A stretch of DNA of 61,760 nucleotides, filler included, from Porpidia crustulata (taxonomy: Eukaryota): assembly GCA_964255105.1 (NCBI GenBank). It is 7 parts of 7 records of this genome, joined end to end, with 100 filler letters (N's around TTAATTAATTAA, not from the genome) between each part and the next. Parts side by side here need not be neighbours in the genome. Positions count along the whole stretch, not along the records: positions 8,866 to 17,622 come from CAXUWE010001058.1; positions 17,723 to 26,475 come from CAXUWE010001059.1; 5 more parts are not named here. The stretch is one strand, 5' to 3'. The notes below the pieces were generated by a model that made no database searches, was not told where the DNA came from, and saw only the letters and a list, made by a program, of their open reading frames with translations. The position numbers and the translations under genes are program-made. Positions 12,531 to 24,402 of the stretch are shown here, in pieces (the first letter of the stretch is position 1; each line of letters starts with the position of its first letter).

Positions 12531-12847
12531 TCAAAGCAGTCCTCTACTCCTCGCTGCTGCCCGTAAATTTTGCAGTCTTGTTCGGGTATCCGTTTGCTGA
12601 TCACTCAGGTTTTTGAGGGTTTGAGCAAGATTATCGGCTCTAGCATTGGACGACCGGATTCGATTCTCCCATGTCGTGATGTCTCGGTGGAGTTTTTGAG
12701 CATCTATAGACGTATCGTTAGCTTGTTGGATGCCTACCTAGAGAAGATGCTGAACTGACCGGGGCTAGCCTGATCACGAATAGCAATCCGACTGTTAAGG
12801 AAATTTGCCAGATCAGTACCCCATCTGCGTCGCTCATTGTTCGACAT
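12531..12847 (-). CDS. Candidate small (86 aa) two-exon protein with coiled-coil character, function unknown
   Basis: ATG 12847, then a 56-nt intron 12759-12704 (GTCAGT...GCTAAC...TAG). The spliced frame is open to TGA 12533-12531. Confidence 0.45.
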
Positions 12848-13822
12848 TATTAAGGCAAAAGGGCATGAACTTTGAGTAAGTTCGGATGGTCTCAAAAAGT
12901 GAAAGGGTACCTGTGAAGGTTGGGGGATCTTGAGTTTAATTCTGTAAGTATTTGAGCGGCCCATATGAATCACGCGCATATCAAGAGCAAAAGTGAGTTG
13001 GCATACTAATCTGATTGGACGCCTCGCGGATGCAAGATGCAGAGCCTACTTACTTTATGAGTCGCATTACACACCATCGACAACTCCATTGTCAATCACT
13101 CATGCATACCTCGAAGAGAAATGATAAGCAGAGGACCCATACCTTTCAGACTTGCGATCCCCATCTATAAGGGTGCACTGGAATGTACATTGGAGATGCT
13201 GTGATGGATAACGCAAGAGTTTATATAATGGGTTCCATTGTGCCATAAGGGTGGTATTGGATTGAGGCAATAGCCTGAAACCATTATTAGTAGACTATTG
13301 ACATTTTCTCGAGTTTCAATCTGTCTGAGTAAATCATAGTGAACGCGGTTTATTCAGGGTTTACCGAAATCCGCTCTCGAGATCGATATTGTACTGTTCA
13401 GGTTGTAACGAGCAGTTCATCATAAGCTTTTTGACCGAACAAAGTGGATATCCATGAATTTGAGGGCCTCATTGATGACCAGGCATTCCACAAGATGGGG
13501 TATGGTCCAATATGAGGTAGCTATCCATAGATATCTATTCTTGAGTGTACTCATGATTAGGATGCAATAACTCGTACACTCTGAGATATTGCCAATGAAG
13601 TAAGCCCTCTAATGCATTGGATCCAGCGAATCGCGCCGTCGGCATAGTATAGAGTTGGGAATGCTTACTTGTACTCGCTGTTTCAGCCGAGTATTGAGGA
13701 CTTCATATCATTTGGTGCTGGTCTAACATCGCGGGTTGTAAGACGTCACTGTACATAGCCCGTTATCCGAAATGGTCATGATTAATTTGCAAGACGCTTG
13801 CATGCAGGTAAGTCGTATGCTT

Positions 13823-15034
13823 TCAATTACCTGCAAGACTCTCATAATGGACGTCGTCTTGTCCGGGTGGAGGTAGAATCTCAGCTAGATCGTCCCAGTT
13901 CTTCTCAATAGGAGCGCCCCTCTCGCTGTTCTCCATGGCCGCTGAGCCTTGAGCTGTAGCTATAGCCTTCGCTGTATCTCGACCTTGCCTGGCAATAGTC
14001 ATCCTTTCCTCTCTATCCATGTTGTCCAGTGGCCTTGGTCTTCCCCACTGCACCCGAAGCGGACAGCCTGCAATGACAGCTTTGCCTTGACATGATTCAG
14101 CAGCAGCCTCAGCTGCTTCTCGTGTTGCATAATTAATGAAGGCACAGTGCGAGCGATGGGAGCATATGACCGATCGAAGAAGGCCAAATGGTAAGAAAAA
14201 CGTTCGTATCGCATGCTCTGGCAGATCGTCTTCCACCCCGGTGACGAAGAGAGAAGTTACGTTTTTATCTCGAGGTGGCAGGATGTCTTGAGCACTGGGT
14301 GGAAGTTGAGCAGTACCTGGAAACGCTCGTCCACCTCTTGACCCGCCTCGACCACCTCGGTATGGTCCTCCTCTCGATCCCGATGTGCTAGCTCTGCTGT
14401 CACTTGTCCGGATGGGTCCTGGAGGTGCTGCAAGTCGTCTCTGTCCCTCTCCTTCGGAAACCGACTGCCCAGGGTCATTACTCGTATCTGCCGTAGCTTC
14501 TAGTCTACGTTGTCGCTTATAGTACGGCTCGCTGTTCGCTAATCTCCGGAGCAGCTCTCGCGCCTTCTCATCCGTCTTTTCGTACTCTTCAACGCCTCCC
14601 CGACCCTCCTCAATCTCCCGCTCGTTCTCTTGGGCGTAGTACTCTCGGTTGATACTACTTTCGGGACCAGGCGCAACCATTTTGAGAGCTGCGTCTCGTA
14701 CTACGATAGGTAGTCCGAAGGAGAGATCCAACATGCAGCACTGACAGCAATTTTTCAAACGAGCGCAAGTAAGGCATATATTTGTCCGCTTTGCGCGAGC
14801 CGTTCGATCGGCTTTCCAGCGAAACACTGTGAAAGGGCGGGTACATATTTTGCATTCGGCACCATGGTCTTCCTTTAGCATTTGTACATACGGATTATCA
14901 GGTAGGCAGCTTTCGCTGAAAAACTCACCCATCAGTATTCAGTTGTTGAATATTGGGAAGAAAACCTACCACACTGAAGGAAAGTCGGTCGTCTCCCAGC
15001 CAGAGCGATTCAGGTCCTGCTTTATCTGAGGCAT
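13823..15034 (-). CDS. SLT11: Pre-mRNA splicing factor Slt11/Ecm2 (RBM22 family)
   Basis: MPQIKQDLNRSGWETTDFPSVC|ESCLPDNPY, Cys-rich CKICTRPF...CARLKNCCQCCMLDL, and a C-terminal RRM. One intron. Confidence 0.95.
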
Positions 15035-15407
15035 GATGCAGGTAGGATGCGTCCCTCGAGTCCTCGAATGGTTGTCTCATCTAACGCCTGATTTAACGCT
15101 GAGTAATGCTAGTGGAAGATATTGGATTCTTCCATCTTTTGGCAAGAGAAGTGGCATGAGAATGTCGCCATCGGTCTGCGTCTAGCCGGCACTATTCCGT
15201 ATAACCACTAGTGTTGACCGATAAACCACTAGCGCAATACGCCTACGTAGACCCCTGTCAGCAAAATTTTGGAGCAACCGATAGACATAACGGCGTCGTG
15301 CTTCCTGATTATTTCAGAACTTCAAGTTATCGCACACTCTTTGCTTGCAGGTTATCCTCATTCTCTGTTTACAGTTTTTTTTGCAATTTTCCAGTCGACG
15401 GTCCTCA

Positions 15408-16716
15408 ATGGCTCCAATTGCCCTCGAAATCGAGGATCATTCTCGAGATGCTGCTTTCAACAAGGCTATGCATGGCAAATCTGCAGACGAGAAAGCAGGG
15501 TTTCGAGCCATGCTAGCTAAAGATCCCACCGCGCAGAAAGCCGCTGTTGATGAGTACTTTAAGCATTGGGATAACAAATCTGCCAATGCGGAGACCGCTG
15601 AGATTAGAGAGGCACGATCCTAGGCTTCATCGCAACTTTCGTCCAGAGCTCATGCTGACGGTGTGGTGTAGGCGCGGAAGGCAGAGTATGCTACACTCAC
15701 CAGACAGTACGCTGCTCAGATCCCTTGGAGGAAATTTGCGCAATTGCTGATTCAACCAGTTACTACAATCTCGCGACCGATATATATGAATACGGTTGGG
15801 GGGCCTCTTTCCACTTCTGTCGCTTTGGCTATGGCGAGGGCTTCTACCAAGCGATTGCTCGCCACGAGCATTACCTGGCACACATGATGGGTCTCCGAGA
15901 TGGCATGAAGGTCCTTGACGTTGGCTGCGGTGTCGGAGGCCCAGGCCGAGAAATTGCTAAATTCGCCAACGTCAACATCGTCGGTCTCAATAACAATGAC
16001 TATCAAATCGAGCGGGCTGCAAAGTACGCCGTCCGGGAAGGCTTGTCGAATCAACTGAGCTACACCAAAGGTGACTTCATGGTAAGCGCCCCTTTCTTTC
16101 CAACCCTCTTTCCAGAGTCGAGCTAATTCTCCGCACCAAGCAAATGTCCTTTCCCTCGAATTCCTTCGACGCTGTCTACGCCATCGAAGCCACCGTCCAC
16201 GCCCCTTCCCTCGAAGGCGTCTACAGCCAAATCTTCCGCGTCCTCAAGCCCGGCGGCGTCTTCGGCGTCTACGAATGGCTCATGACCGACGCCTACGACA
16301 ACTCCAACCCGCACCACCGCGAGATCCGCCTGGGAATCGAGCAAGGCGACGGCATCAGCAACATGGTCCGCGTCTCCGAAGGACTCGCCGCCATCAAAGC
16401 CGCCGGTTTCGAATTGGAACTCCACGAGGACCTGGCCGACAGGAAGGACCCGAAACCGTGGTACTACCCGCTGGACGGGGACTTGAGGATGGTGGGGAGC
16501 TTGGGGGATCTGGTCACGATCGCGCGGATGACGAAGTGGGGCAGGTGGTTCGCGCATGGGATTGTCGGGGGCTTGGAAAGGGTCGGGCTGGCGCCTAAGG
16601 GGACGAAGAAGACGGCGGATAGCTTGGGGTTCGCGGCGGACTGCTTGGTGGCGGGCGGGAAGGAGAAGCTCTTCACGCCGATGTATCTGATGGTTGCTAG
16701 GAAGCCCGCGAATTAA
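15408..16716 (+). CDS. ERG6: Sterol 24-C-methyltransferase
   Basis: [14 protein letters not shown] motif [30 protein letters not shown]. Introns at 15612-15671 (GC-AG), 15707-15759 and 16082-16140. Confidence 0.97.
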
Positions 16717-17622
16717 AACTGAGCTTGGGGCTACTGGGATAGATGACATGGTGATGGGAGAGTTACTCGTCTGCTTAGCCAGCGTTTTTGGTCAACCGCT
16801 CATAGCGTTTCGCGCAGTATATCGGCAGGTCTGTACATAGCATACATAATCCAACCTATCCACACCCGTCAGTCCACCTCTTTCAGATTCTGGCCACCAC
16901 CATCTCAACGAATCAAGCCTTCGTCTAAAAACTAATAGGTCTACACGCTATTCCCCAAAACCCAAATCTCCTCCACCACAGCCCTGCTGTCCCATTAAAG
17001 TCTCCGTTGTAATGCACAATACCAGCACCAAAGGTATCGATCAGACCGTTCCTTAAAAAGGAGCTGCACAACACCCCTCCACGTCCTTTTCGACTTGCTA
17101 CACCATAATCTCCAAGCCCTGATACTGCGTATTCACATAATTGAAGCCCCATTAAGAAAGCCTCCCGTTGCGCTGATTACGTGAGTCCTGAGCGGGGACT
17201 GCGGAGCTCGTGCAATTTTGACTTCGGTGGCGCTGGACGCGTTTTTGGTATGGAATTTGCGATTTCTCGTGTTGGAGAGGTTGTGTGGGGGATCTGTTTC
17301 GAGTACAAGCACACAAATGATCCTTGGTGCACTTATCAGGTGGCGCAAGGCTTTGCTGCGCGTGTTTCATGGATGATGCGGAAGGCTTTCCTGCGAAGAG
17401 ATTGCGGTTGGGGTTTCCTCGTTGCGCGTACGGCCTTGTAGGAAGTATGTGGCCGACGCGCTCCGACGGTCTTTGGTCCGGGGAAACGGCCATGAAGCTC
17501 TTCCCAAAAAGGCATATCGGCGATCATCTTTCCCTCTCATAACCCCAACTCCCCCACCTCAGCTCTCGGCTTCGTTCCCTGCAACATATCCGCCACAACG
17601 CACCCCGTCCCCAGACTCAGAC

Positions 17623-17722
17623 NNNNNNNNNNNNNNNNNNNNNNNNNNNNNNNNNNNNNNNNNNNNTTAATTAATTAANNNNNNNNNNNNNNNNNNNNNN
17701 NNNNNNNNNNNNNNNNNNNNNN
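17623..17722. other. Artificial contig-joining spacer
   Basis: N44-TTAATTAATTAA-N44. Confidence 0.98.
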
Positions 17723-17772
17723 CTATTGTGCTGCGATTCATTGGGACCCCAGGTATGCTAACAGTCCTACAG

Positions 17773-17825
17773 GCAGCGAATCCTCAGACCGAAGAACGAG
17801 GGAATCGAGGCGGTCAAGGCGGTAG
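17773..17825 (+). CDS. Possible terminal exon of a gene truncated by the contig start (SESSDRRTRESRRSRR*)
   Basis: Preceded by a GCTAAC branch site and an ACAG acceptor. Short and unidentifiable. Confidence 0.25.
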
Positions 17826-18817
17826 TTTTCCCTGTACCAGAATGTTGTTCATATTTCTTTTGCATAAAGCGGGTACATGATCTAGGAAAATTGTTTTGCA
17901 TGCATTTGGGGCAGCGCGGTCATCATCCACACAGATTGGAAGGATATGTATATGTCGTCATCTCGGGAATTTGAGGGCGGTATGTGTGGGGATCCAAGGA
18001 AAAGGATAATGGGAATGTGTAATGGGAAGCATATGAATGTACATAGCTGTGAGGCAGGGAAGGGTCCGCAAAGCCTAGAATATGGAAGCGACGCCGAAAA
18101 TGTATTGCCTGCCCTTCCCATCCGCATCGGTTTCATTCAATCGACCGTCCACGTCCTCAAACCTCCAACATCCCATCAAAACAGCGATCGATTCTCGGCA
18201 ATCTACATAACATACGTATAACCCACCTTCTTTTCCCTCGAGAAAATTCTCCCCTATCGTAACCTGTAAGTATAACAATATTCGTTCGTGACACAAAAAA
18301 TCAAAAGACGCCGTTATGCTCTCTGGCACACCCCTCCCTTTCCCTTTCCCCAAATCGGCTCGAGCTGGAGAAAAGCAAAAAAAAGGGCCTCTTGGAAAAC
18401 GCCGGAAACGCTGGATGCGGGTATACCCATGGGTCGTGATACATGTGAGATAATGTAAAATAGATGCGTGGGGGTGTCGGATATGTTTTTTTTGGAGGTG
18501 TAGATGGTGGTGGATTTGTGGTAGGTATGGAGGTCGGTGGTGGGGCGGTGGAGTTGATGTTATGGCGGGTTTTTGGGTGCTTTGAGTAGATGATGGAAGC
18601 GTAGGTAGGGAGTTGATTTTTCGTGAAGAAAGAGGTTTCTTGCTCTGCGCATCTGACTTGCTGTCCTTGTACGTGGCCATGCTAGTGCGTAAGCCGGATG
18701 GGATTAGGGGTTATCGCGTTTCTCGGTTAAACAGATCGCTGAATTCCTAAAGTGTGGGTTTGTGACTGACACGCGGTCGTCATGAAGGTTGTGGTGTGGT
18801 CGCTGGACCGGGTAGGG

Positions 18818-20029
18818 TCATCGGCCATACACACCTGCGTTGTTGGTGACGGCGACCATGCTACTACTGTAGCTGGCTGGCCGCTCACCAAAGGTTGGAG
18901 TTGTGGCATTGTAAGACTGAAGAAAGGGCTTGTCAGCTGCAGAGCTTAAGCAATAGGATATGCAGGGATGATACCTTCTTCCGCTTCTTCGTGATGCTAC
19001 CCTTTCTGCTGCCTTCGTTAGACGTGTAGCCACTCCCTTCAACCAAATCACCATCGTCATCAACAAAGCCCTCGCCGTATCCCTCAAAACTGTGCTCGTC
19101 GTATCGCCGCTTTTTTCCGGTACGCTTAGGCCGCACTATCTCAGCAGCTTGATCTTTGCCAACAAGCGTGCGATTGCCATTGACCTGGCCATTTGGCGTT
19201 ACTTTCAATCTCTCAGCTTCTATGTGATTTTTGGTTTTCTGCTCATGAATTGTGGGCAGCGGTTTCACTTTCTCGTGACCCAGCAGGTCCTCCCAATCGT
19301 TCTCCTTCGTGTTTGGGACTGGCCCCGGCTGCATCTGCATCGCTTTCTCTAACTTCATTAACATTCCATTCGGTAGGCCTTTGTGAACGTCCTTTCCGGC
19401 GATCTTTTGGTTATGCCATTCTTCTTCTGGCCATTGTACCATCTCCAGTAAGCCCATCCCTTTGCTCCTATCGTGCTTCACCGCTCGATTTCTGCCGGCC
19501 AAGCCAAAGCTTTTGACCTTCCCCTCATAAGATTTTCTCATCTTATTGATCTTCTCTCCTGTCAACGGGTCTGTCCGCGCAACGCTTGCCGCAAGCGGCT
19601 GGAGGTTAAACAGCGAGAGTAGATCTTGTTGAAGATGAGGCAATTGTACTGGATGGGCTATTCAAAGACCCAGGTCAACACCGTGATCTGCAGTCAATGT
19701 ACTACAAAGATCTAGGTTAAAATCTTACCATTAGAGTTTGACAGCATTGGTAGAGCATCCTCCTGCCTGGGCTGTTCAAAAATCTGTCTGGTATCCTGTA
19801 GCGCCGATACTTCAGGCTCTGCAACCTGGAGCGATTCCTTGCCCGCAGCATCATCAACGTGTCTGAGATCTAAGGCAGTATCCATGATGTCTGGGTCTTT
19901 GTCGCGATCAGCAAGTCCTGGACCATCGGTATCGATTTCCATGGCTTGACTGGATCCGATAGTCGAGAGCTTCCCATGATGTGTAGTGAATGCGTTCTTT
20001 GTAGTGATTAAGGAGAGTGAGGTGTTCAT
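18818..20029 (-). CDS. MED19: Mediator subunit 19 (Rox3)
   Basis: PHLQQDLLSLFNLQPLAASVARTDPLTGEKINKMRKSYEGK, a basic RPKRTGKKRRY tail and KKRKK. Two introns. The 5' end is uncertain. Confidence 0.88.
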
Positions 20030-22040
20030 GGGGTGGTGAAGGATGGATCAAAGAACGTGGAGTGAGGTGGATTATCTAGACCACTGGCGCAAAATAGCGC
20101 GCCCTAAATGCGGCTGCTTACTACGTAGGATCGTAGGGCTGGTGGCCGAAACCGGGTTAGACTCGAGAAACGGATAAGTTTGCAAAAACAAACCTCATGT
20201 GCCGGTGAATGTAATCTCTCCTCTTTGTAGCATCACAAGCTAATCATTGCAAGAGTAGAATTACAGACCAATTTCATCTCATGTGAATTACTTCTATGAG
20301 CAACTGTTCGCCTACTACAAGAATGTTTCGTGTTAGGATGTAGCCTTCGGTCTTGCTGATTCACAGCTGAGATACCGGTCGCCGTGATACCAGTATTTGG
20401 AGCTTCGTCACTGGGCGCATAAGCTGGGTAATCCGCCAGAATATCTGTCATATAGATATTCCTTGCTTCCTTAGTCTTCTTCGTCGCTCTGGGTTTCAAA
20501 TGCGCGTCGTCTTGGATACATGTTCGTGAGTTTATTACACCGCCTCAGCGTCGGAAAGTCCCCGCACCCAAAGAGCATACACAAACCGTTGAAGCCTTCG
20601 TTTTGCAGACCGCGTTTGGGTGACTACGAGCGTTCGCTTCAACATCTTTGGACTTGTTCTTCCTTGCTGCTCTAAGACTTTTCCGTTCCTTTCCACTTGA
20701 GTTGTCCTTCTCAAGACTTTAACTATCCGCTCTGGCAGTCACTGCACTACCTCGTCCAACGCTTCGATAACTCTCCGTGTTCATGAACCCAAGAGCGGTC
20801 TGCGTGCTCGAAGAATTGAGAGTGTTGCCTGCGTTCAATGAGGCAATAATAGTCCTCGGGGTAACATGCTCGTCGTACCTTGCTTAATTGCTGTGTGTTC
20901 CAAGTATACTGTATATGTATCCGCAGTCTTCATTGTATGGTTTGTATCTAGATCCATTGTTTCTACGCTGGCTTCTACATTTGGGTGATCCAACACGATG
21001 CCAGAGATGGTACTATGACTGATGGGATAACTTGATGTCGCAGAGTTCTGTTGCGGTCGGTAGCTTGTACGAGATCGATCATGTTCTCTTGAACAACCTT
21101 TGGAAGGAGTGTATCATCATTGAAGGAGAGAATATTCTCCATCGGCAAATTGAGCAGAAAGAGCCTGATTCTAACGAATGATAGGACGATCACGAGAACT
21201 AATCTTTAGCAACTATAACTGGGGTCATTGATCAATCGCTAGTAGTGTTCGCTTCTTCTCATTTGATAATAATGATACACTCATTCTACGCCTTAACGGG
21301 TCTATTATCTTATCTACATATAGTGAAGAAGCTCGCACTTTCTACATTACTTTTAATTTACGTAGGTAACGCTTGCTATGGTATTAGAGACGGCTAAGAT
21401 TGTGCTCGGCCTCAATGCCTCCATACGACTACCGAAGCACATAAGCTACGCGACCCTTCCTTCTGGCTTGTCCACAGAGCAGCTCCTAAAGCTGTTTCAC
21501 GTCGATAGATCAGAATACCTCACCATGATCCTTTTGACCTCTGATCCTTGACCTCATCTTGAAGCAAAAACACAGTAGACTGGGTTTTCTTGCTACTTGA
21601 GAGCCAGGTTACAGATGCTATATCTCAAACAAGCCCGTGCTCCTCAGTACATAGACCGACACTCGACGGTAGGTAGATATTTGAAGGTCGCTTAAAGTGG
21701 CCTCTGCATAAATCGATGCACGAGATTGAAGTAGGCTAGCGGGCCAGGCGGTACTTGTACCCTCTTTTATGCATCGTTCCACTCAATCTTTTCTCATACC
21801 CCACGTGTGGTCTGGGTGGTGTCTGAGAGCACGCGACACCAGAAATGGAGGGGCTACTCAGGCCTGAGCGTGAACGGGTTTACCCATTGTCTTCTGACTC
21901 TCTCTCCAATGACTCTCACCTGTCCGAATCGATTGAGACTTGTCTCGATCTCGCCTTTACCTCGAAGTGATATCTCGCTAAGGCTATCTGACCTTTAGGC
22001 CATTGGATCTGGAAGGATTGCATCCTCCGCCGAACTCGCA

Positions 22041-23149
22041 ATGCCTCGAACAAGTCTTCCTCCCACTCCTGCCTCATCGACCGACATCCGCGGCAAAGAC
22101 GGGCCACGCCTCTCAACAGAGAAAATGTCCTTCGCACTTCCTCCACCAGCTATTGCTTCCGCAGGAACTCATCGCGCCTCGACCAGCAGCCAGTCGTCGC
22201 AAAGGATTGCATCCTCGGATTTCTCATTGCCTCCACCACCTACGCGCTCGCGAAAGATCATACAAATGAAGCCAAAGCCGCAGCAGAGCGAAGAGCACAG
22301 CCACGTGAGCACACAACCCATCACTAAGGGTTCGAATAAGAGGAGCGCGTCTGGGTTGTCCGCCTCGTCGACTCCGGCAAGCAAGAAGCAACCGAGCGCC
22401 ACGAGTGTGGCAGGCAAGAAGATTGCTAGGAAAACGGCTCATTCAGTCATTGAGCGTAGACGAAGGTCAAAGATGAACGAAGAATTTGGCGTGCTCAAGG
22501 ACATGATACCTGCCTGCAAGGATCAGGAGATGCATAAACTTGCTATTTTACAGGTATACATATATCTAATAGGCATGGTCAGGAGTGAGCTGTCTCATAA
22601 TCTTTCTTGCAGGCAAGTATTGACTACCTGCGCTACCTCGAACAATGCATTACCGATCTCAAAGTCGCAAATTCATCCATGTCTAATCCATCTATTCAAA
22701 GCCAAGCACCACCACTTCGCCTGAATAATTTCGAACCAAGTCAAGATGAAGGAGATGATGAAGATGATGAGATGGATAATTCAGAGTCGGCTAGCACTTC
22801 TCCCGCTTTTCCTGCAAGTCAGCGTCATGCAAATCCATACAAAAGTCCCCAATCAACTACGGCGTCCCCAGCTCTTACTGCATTCCCAAGTCAAGCGACG
22901 TCATCCTACGATTCGTCAATCTCTACCCTCCCATCCCCGGCATTCGGACCACAACACCAGTATCAAGTCTACCGCTCTCAGTACTCACATTCCACCTCGA
23001 CTTCTCCAAACCTGCTACCCCAAGCCATGAAAGAGCAAGATCAAGAAGCCACCGCTGCTCTACTGATGCTGAATAAAGATAGGAGAAACCCTAGCTTTAC
23101 CAGCACAAGTGGGCGAAGTATGAGTGTCAAAGATCTCCTAAGCTTCTGA
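22041..23149 (+). CDS. bHLH transcription factor
   Basis: KTAHSVIERRRRSKMNEEFGVLKDMIPAC...HKLAILQ|ASIDYLRYLE. The intron at ~22554-22613 falls inside the HLH. C-terminal EATAALLML and MSVKDLLS. Confidence 0.93.
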
Positions 23150-23573
23150 TCGACAATTTGAAGTATTACGCATATTGTGGAGACATCATCCAGTGTTTGT
23201 TGATGGGTGGCTAGCACTGAACTTGTTTGTTTAAGAAGGACCTAGACGGCCCATTGTATCGGAACGAGCTTGCTAGAATTCTAATCAATGAGAGAAGGGT
23301 ACCCTAGGTGCCTAGGTAGTTGCTAGGCTGGGTAAAGCATGCCCGAGAGCAAGTATATAGTAGATAATTGGGTAGATAGACGTTGTCAAAAGTTAGATTT
23401 GTCCAAACCTCATTTCCCAATCCTCTCATTAGTCGTTGTGTATGGAATTTAATCCTTTACCAGCTGCGGCATCAATCACTATCTTTACTGAGGGACGTCC
23501 ACAGCCTTGTCCCGCTTACTTTACATGAGAGACAGACCCTAGTCCACCATCTCACTAGCACATATCATTTGAT

Positions 23574-24402
23574 ATGGCATATATTTCAACAAGACCCATC
23601 CCGTACTTCCTTTATGGTAGCACCAAGTAGCTGACCCCCCAACCGTACGTTTCCTCTCCACATGGTCAACCCTAATGTAAATTTCCAATCAGATCTTTCC
23701 TTCCCCCGCCATGGACCACAACAGACGATCGTATCCGAGGCGGCGCTTCTCGTTCCACACTTTCTCCTCTCCCTGGTAATGGCGCTCTTTTCAGTGGCCA
23801 CCTCGATATCACAACTCTAGGAGGAGCAGGTTTCGCCTCGCAATTCAGCCCCCTGCGTGCCGCTGCCAACAAGGGCGGTACCGAGGAGGACAGATACTGG
23901 GATCTGAGCGACTATGATGGGATCGAAGTCCATGCAGCTAGAGGGGACGGGAGAAGGTATACTTTGATCTTGAAAGATGATCCACCAGCGGAGTTGAGAG
24001 AAGACGGAAGGGAGAAAGCAGGTATCAGTTGGGAGGTGGAATTCAAGGTCGATGGTGAAGAGAAGAAATTTTGGATTCCTTGGGCGGACTTTACGCCGAC
24101 TTATAGGGGGAAAGAAATGAAAGATGCTGGGAAGTTGAAGAGGGGAAAAGTGTGGAGGGTTGGTATCATGATGAGAAGGTCCGTATTATTACGGAGTTGG
24201 AGATGGAGGTAAAGACTTGGAGAACGCTGATGCTGATGGAGCTGTGTACAGCTATTTTGGAACTCAGCAAGGGGATTTCCGATTGGAATTGAAGTCGATT
24301 TCGGCGAGGAAGAGTAGCGAGGAAGACGCTGCAAATGTCCGTAAGGGGGGTGGAATGGAGGAAGTTGGAGGGGTCAATGGCGATGAGAGAGCAATCATTT
24401 GA
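23574..24402 (+). CDS. CIA30 (complex I intermediate-associated protein 30)-like protein
   Basis: WTTTDDRIRGGAS, FSGHLDITTLGGAGFAS, WDLSDYDGI, GDGRRYTLILKD, FTPTYRGK, MMRS|YFGTQQGDF. Introns at 23627-23692 and 24179-24251. Confidence 0.85.

Noticed and set aside
16925..17622. Several short overlapping ORFs at a contig end
   Set aside because: I could not assemble a consistent gene model or recognise any homology.
18075..18680. 201-aa ORF downstream of MED19
   Set aside because: It arises from compositionally skewed, low-complexity 3' flanking DNA.
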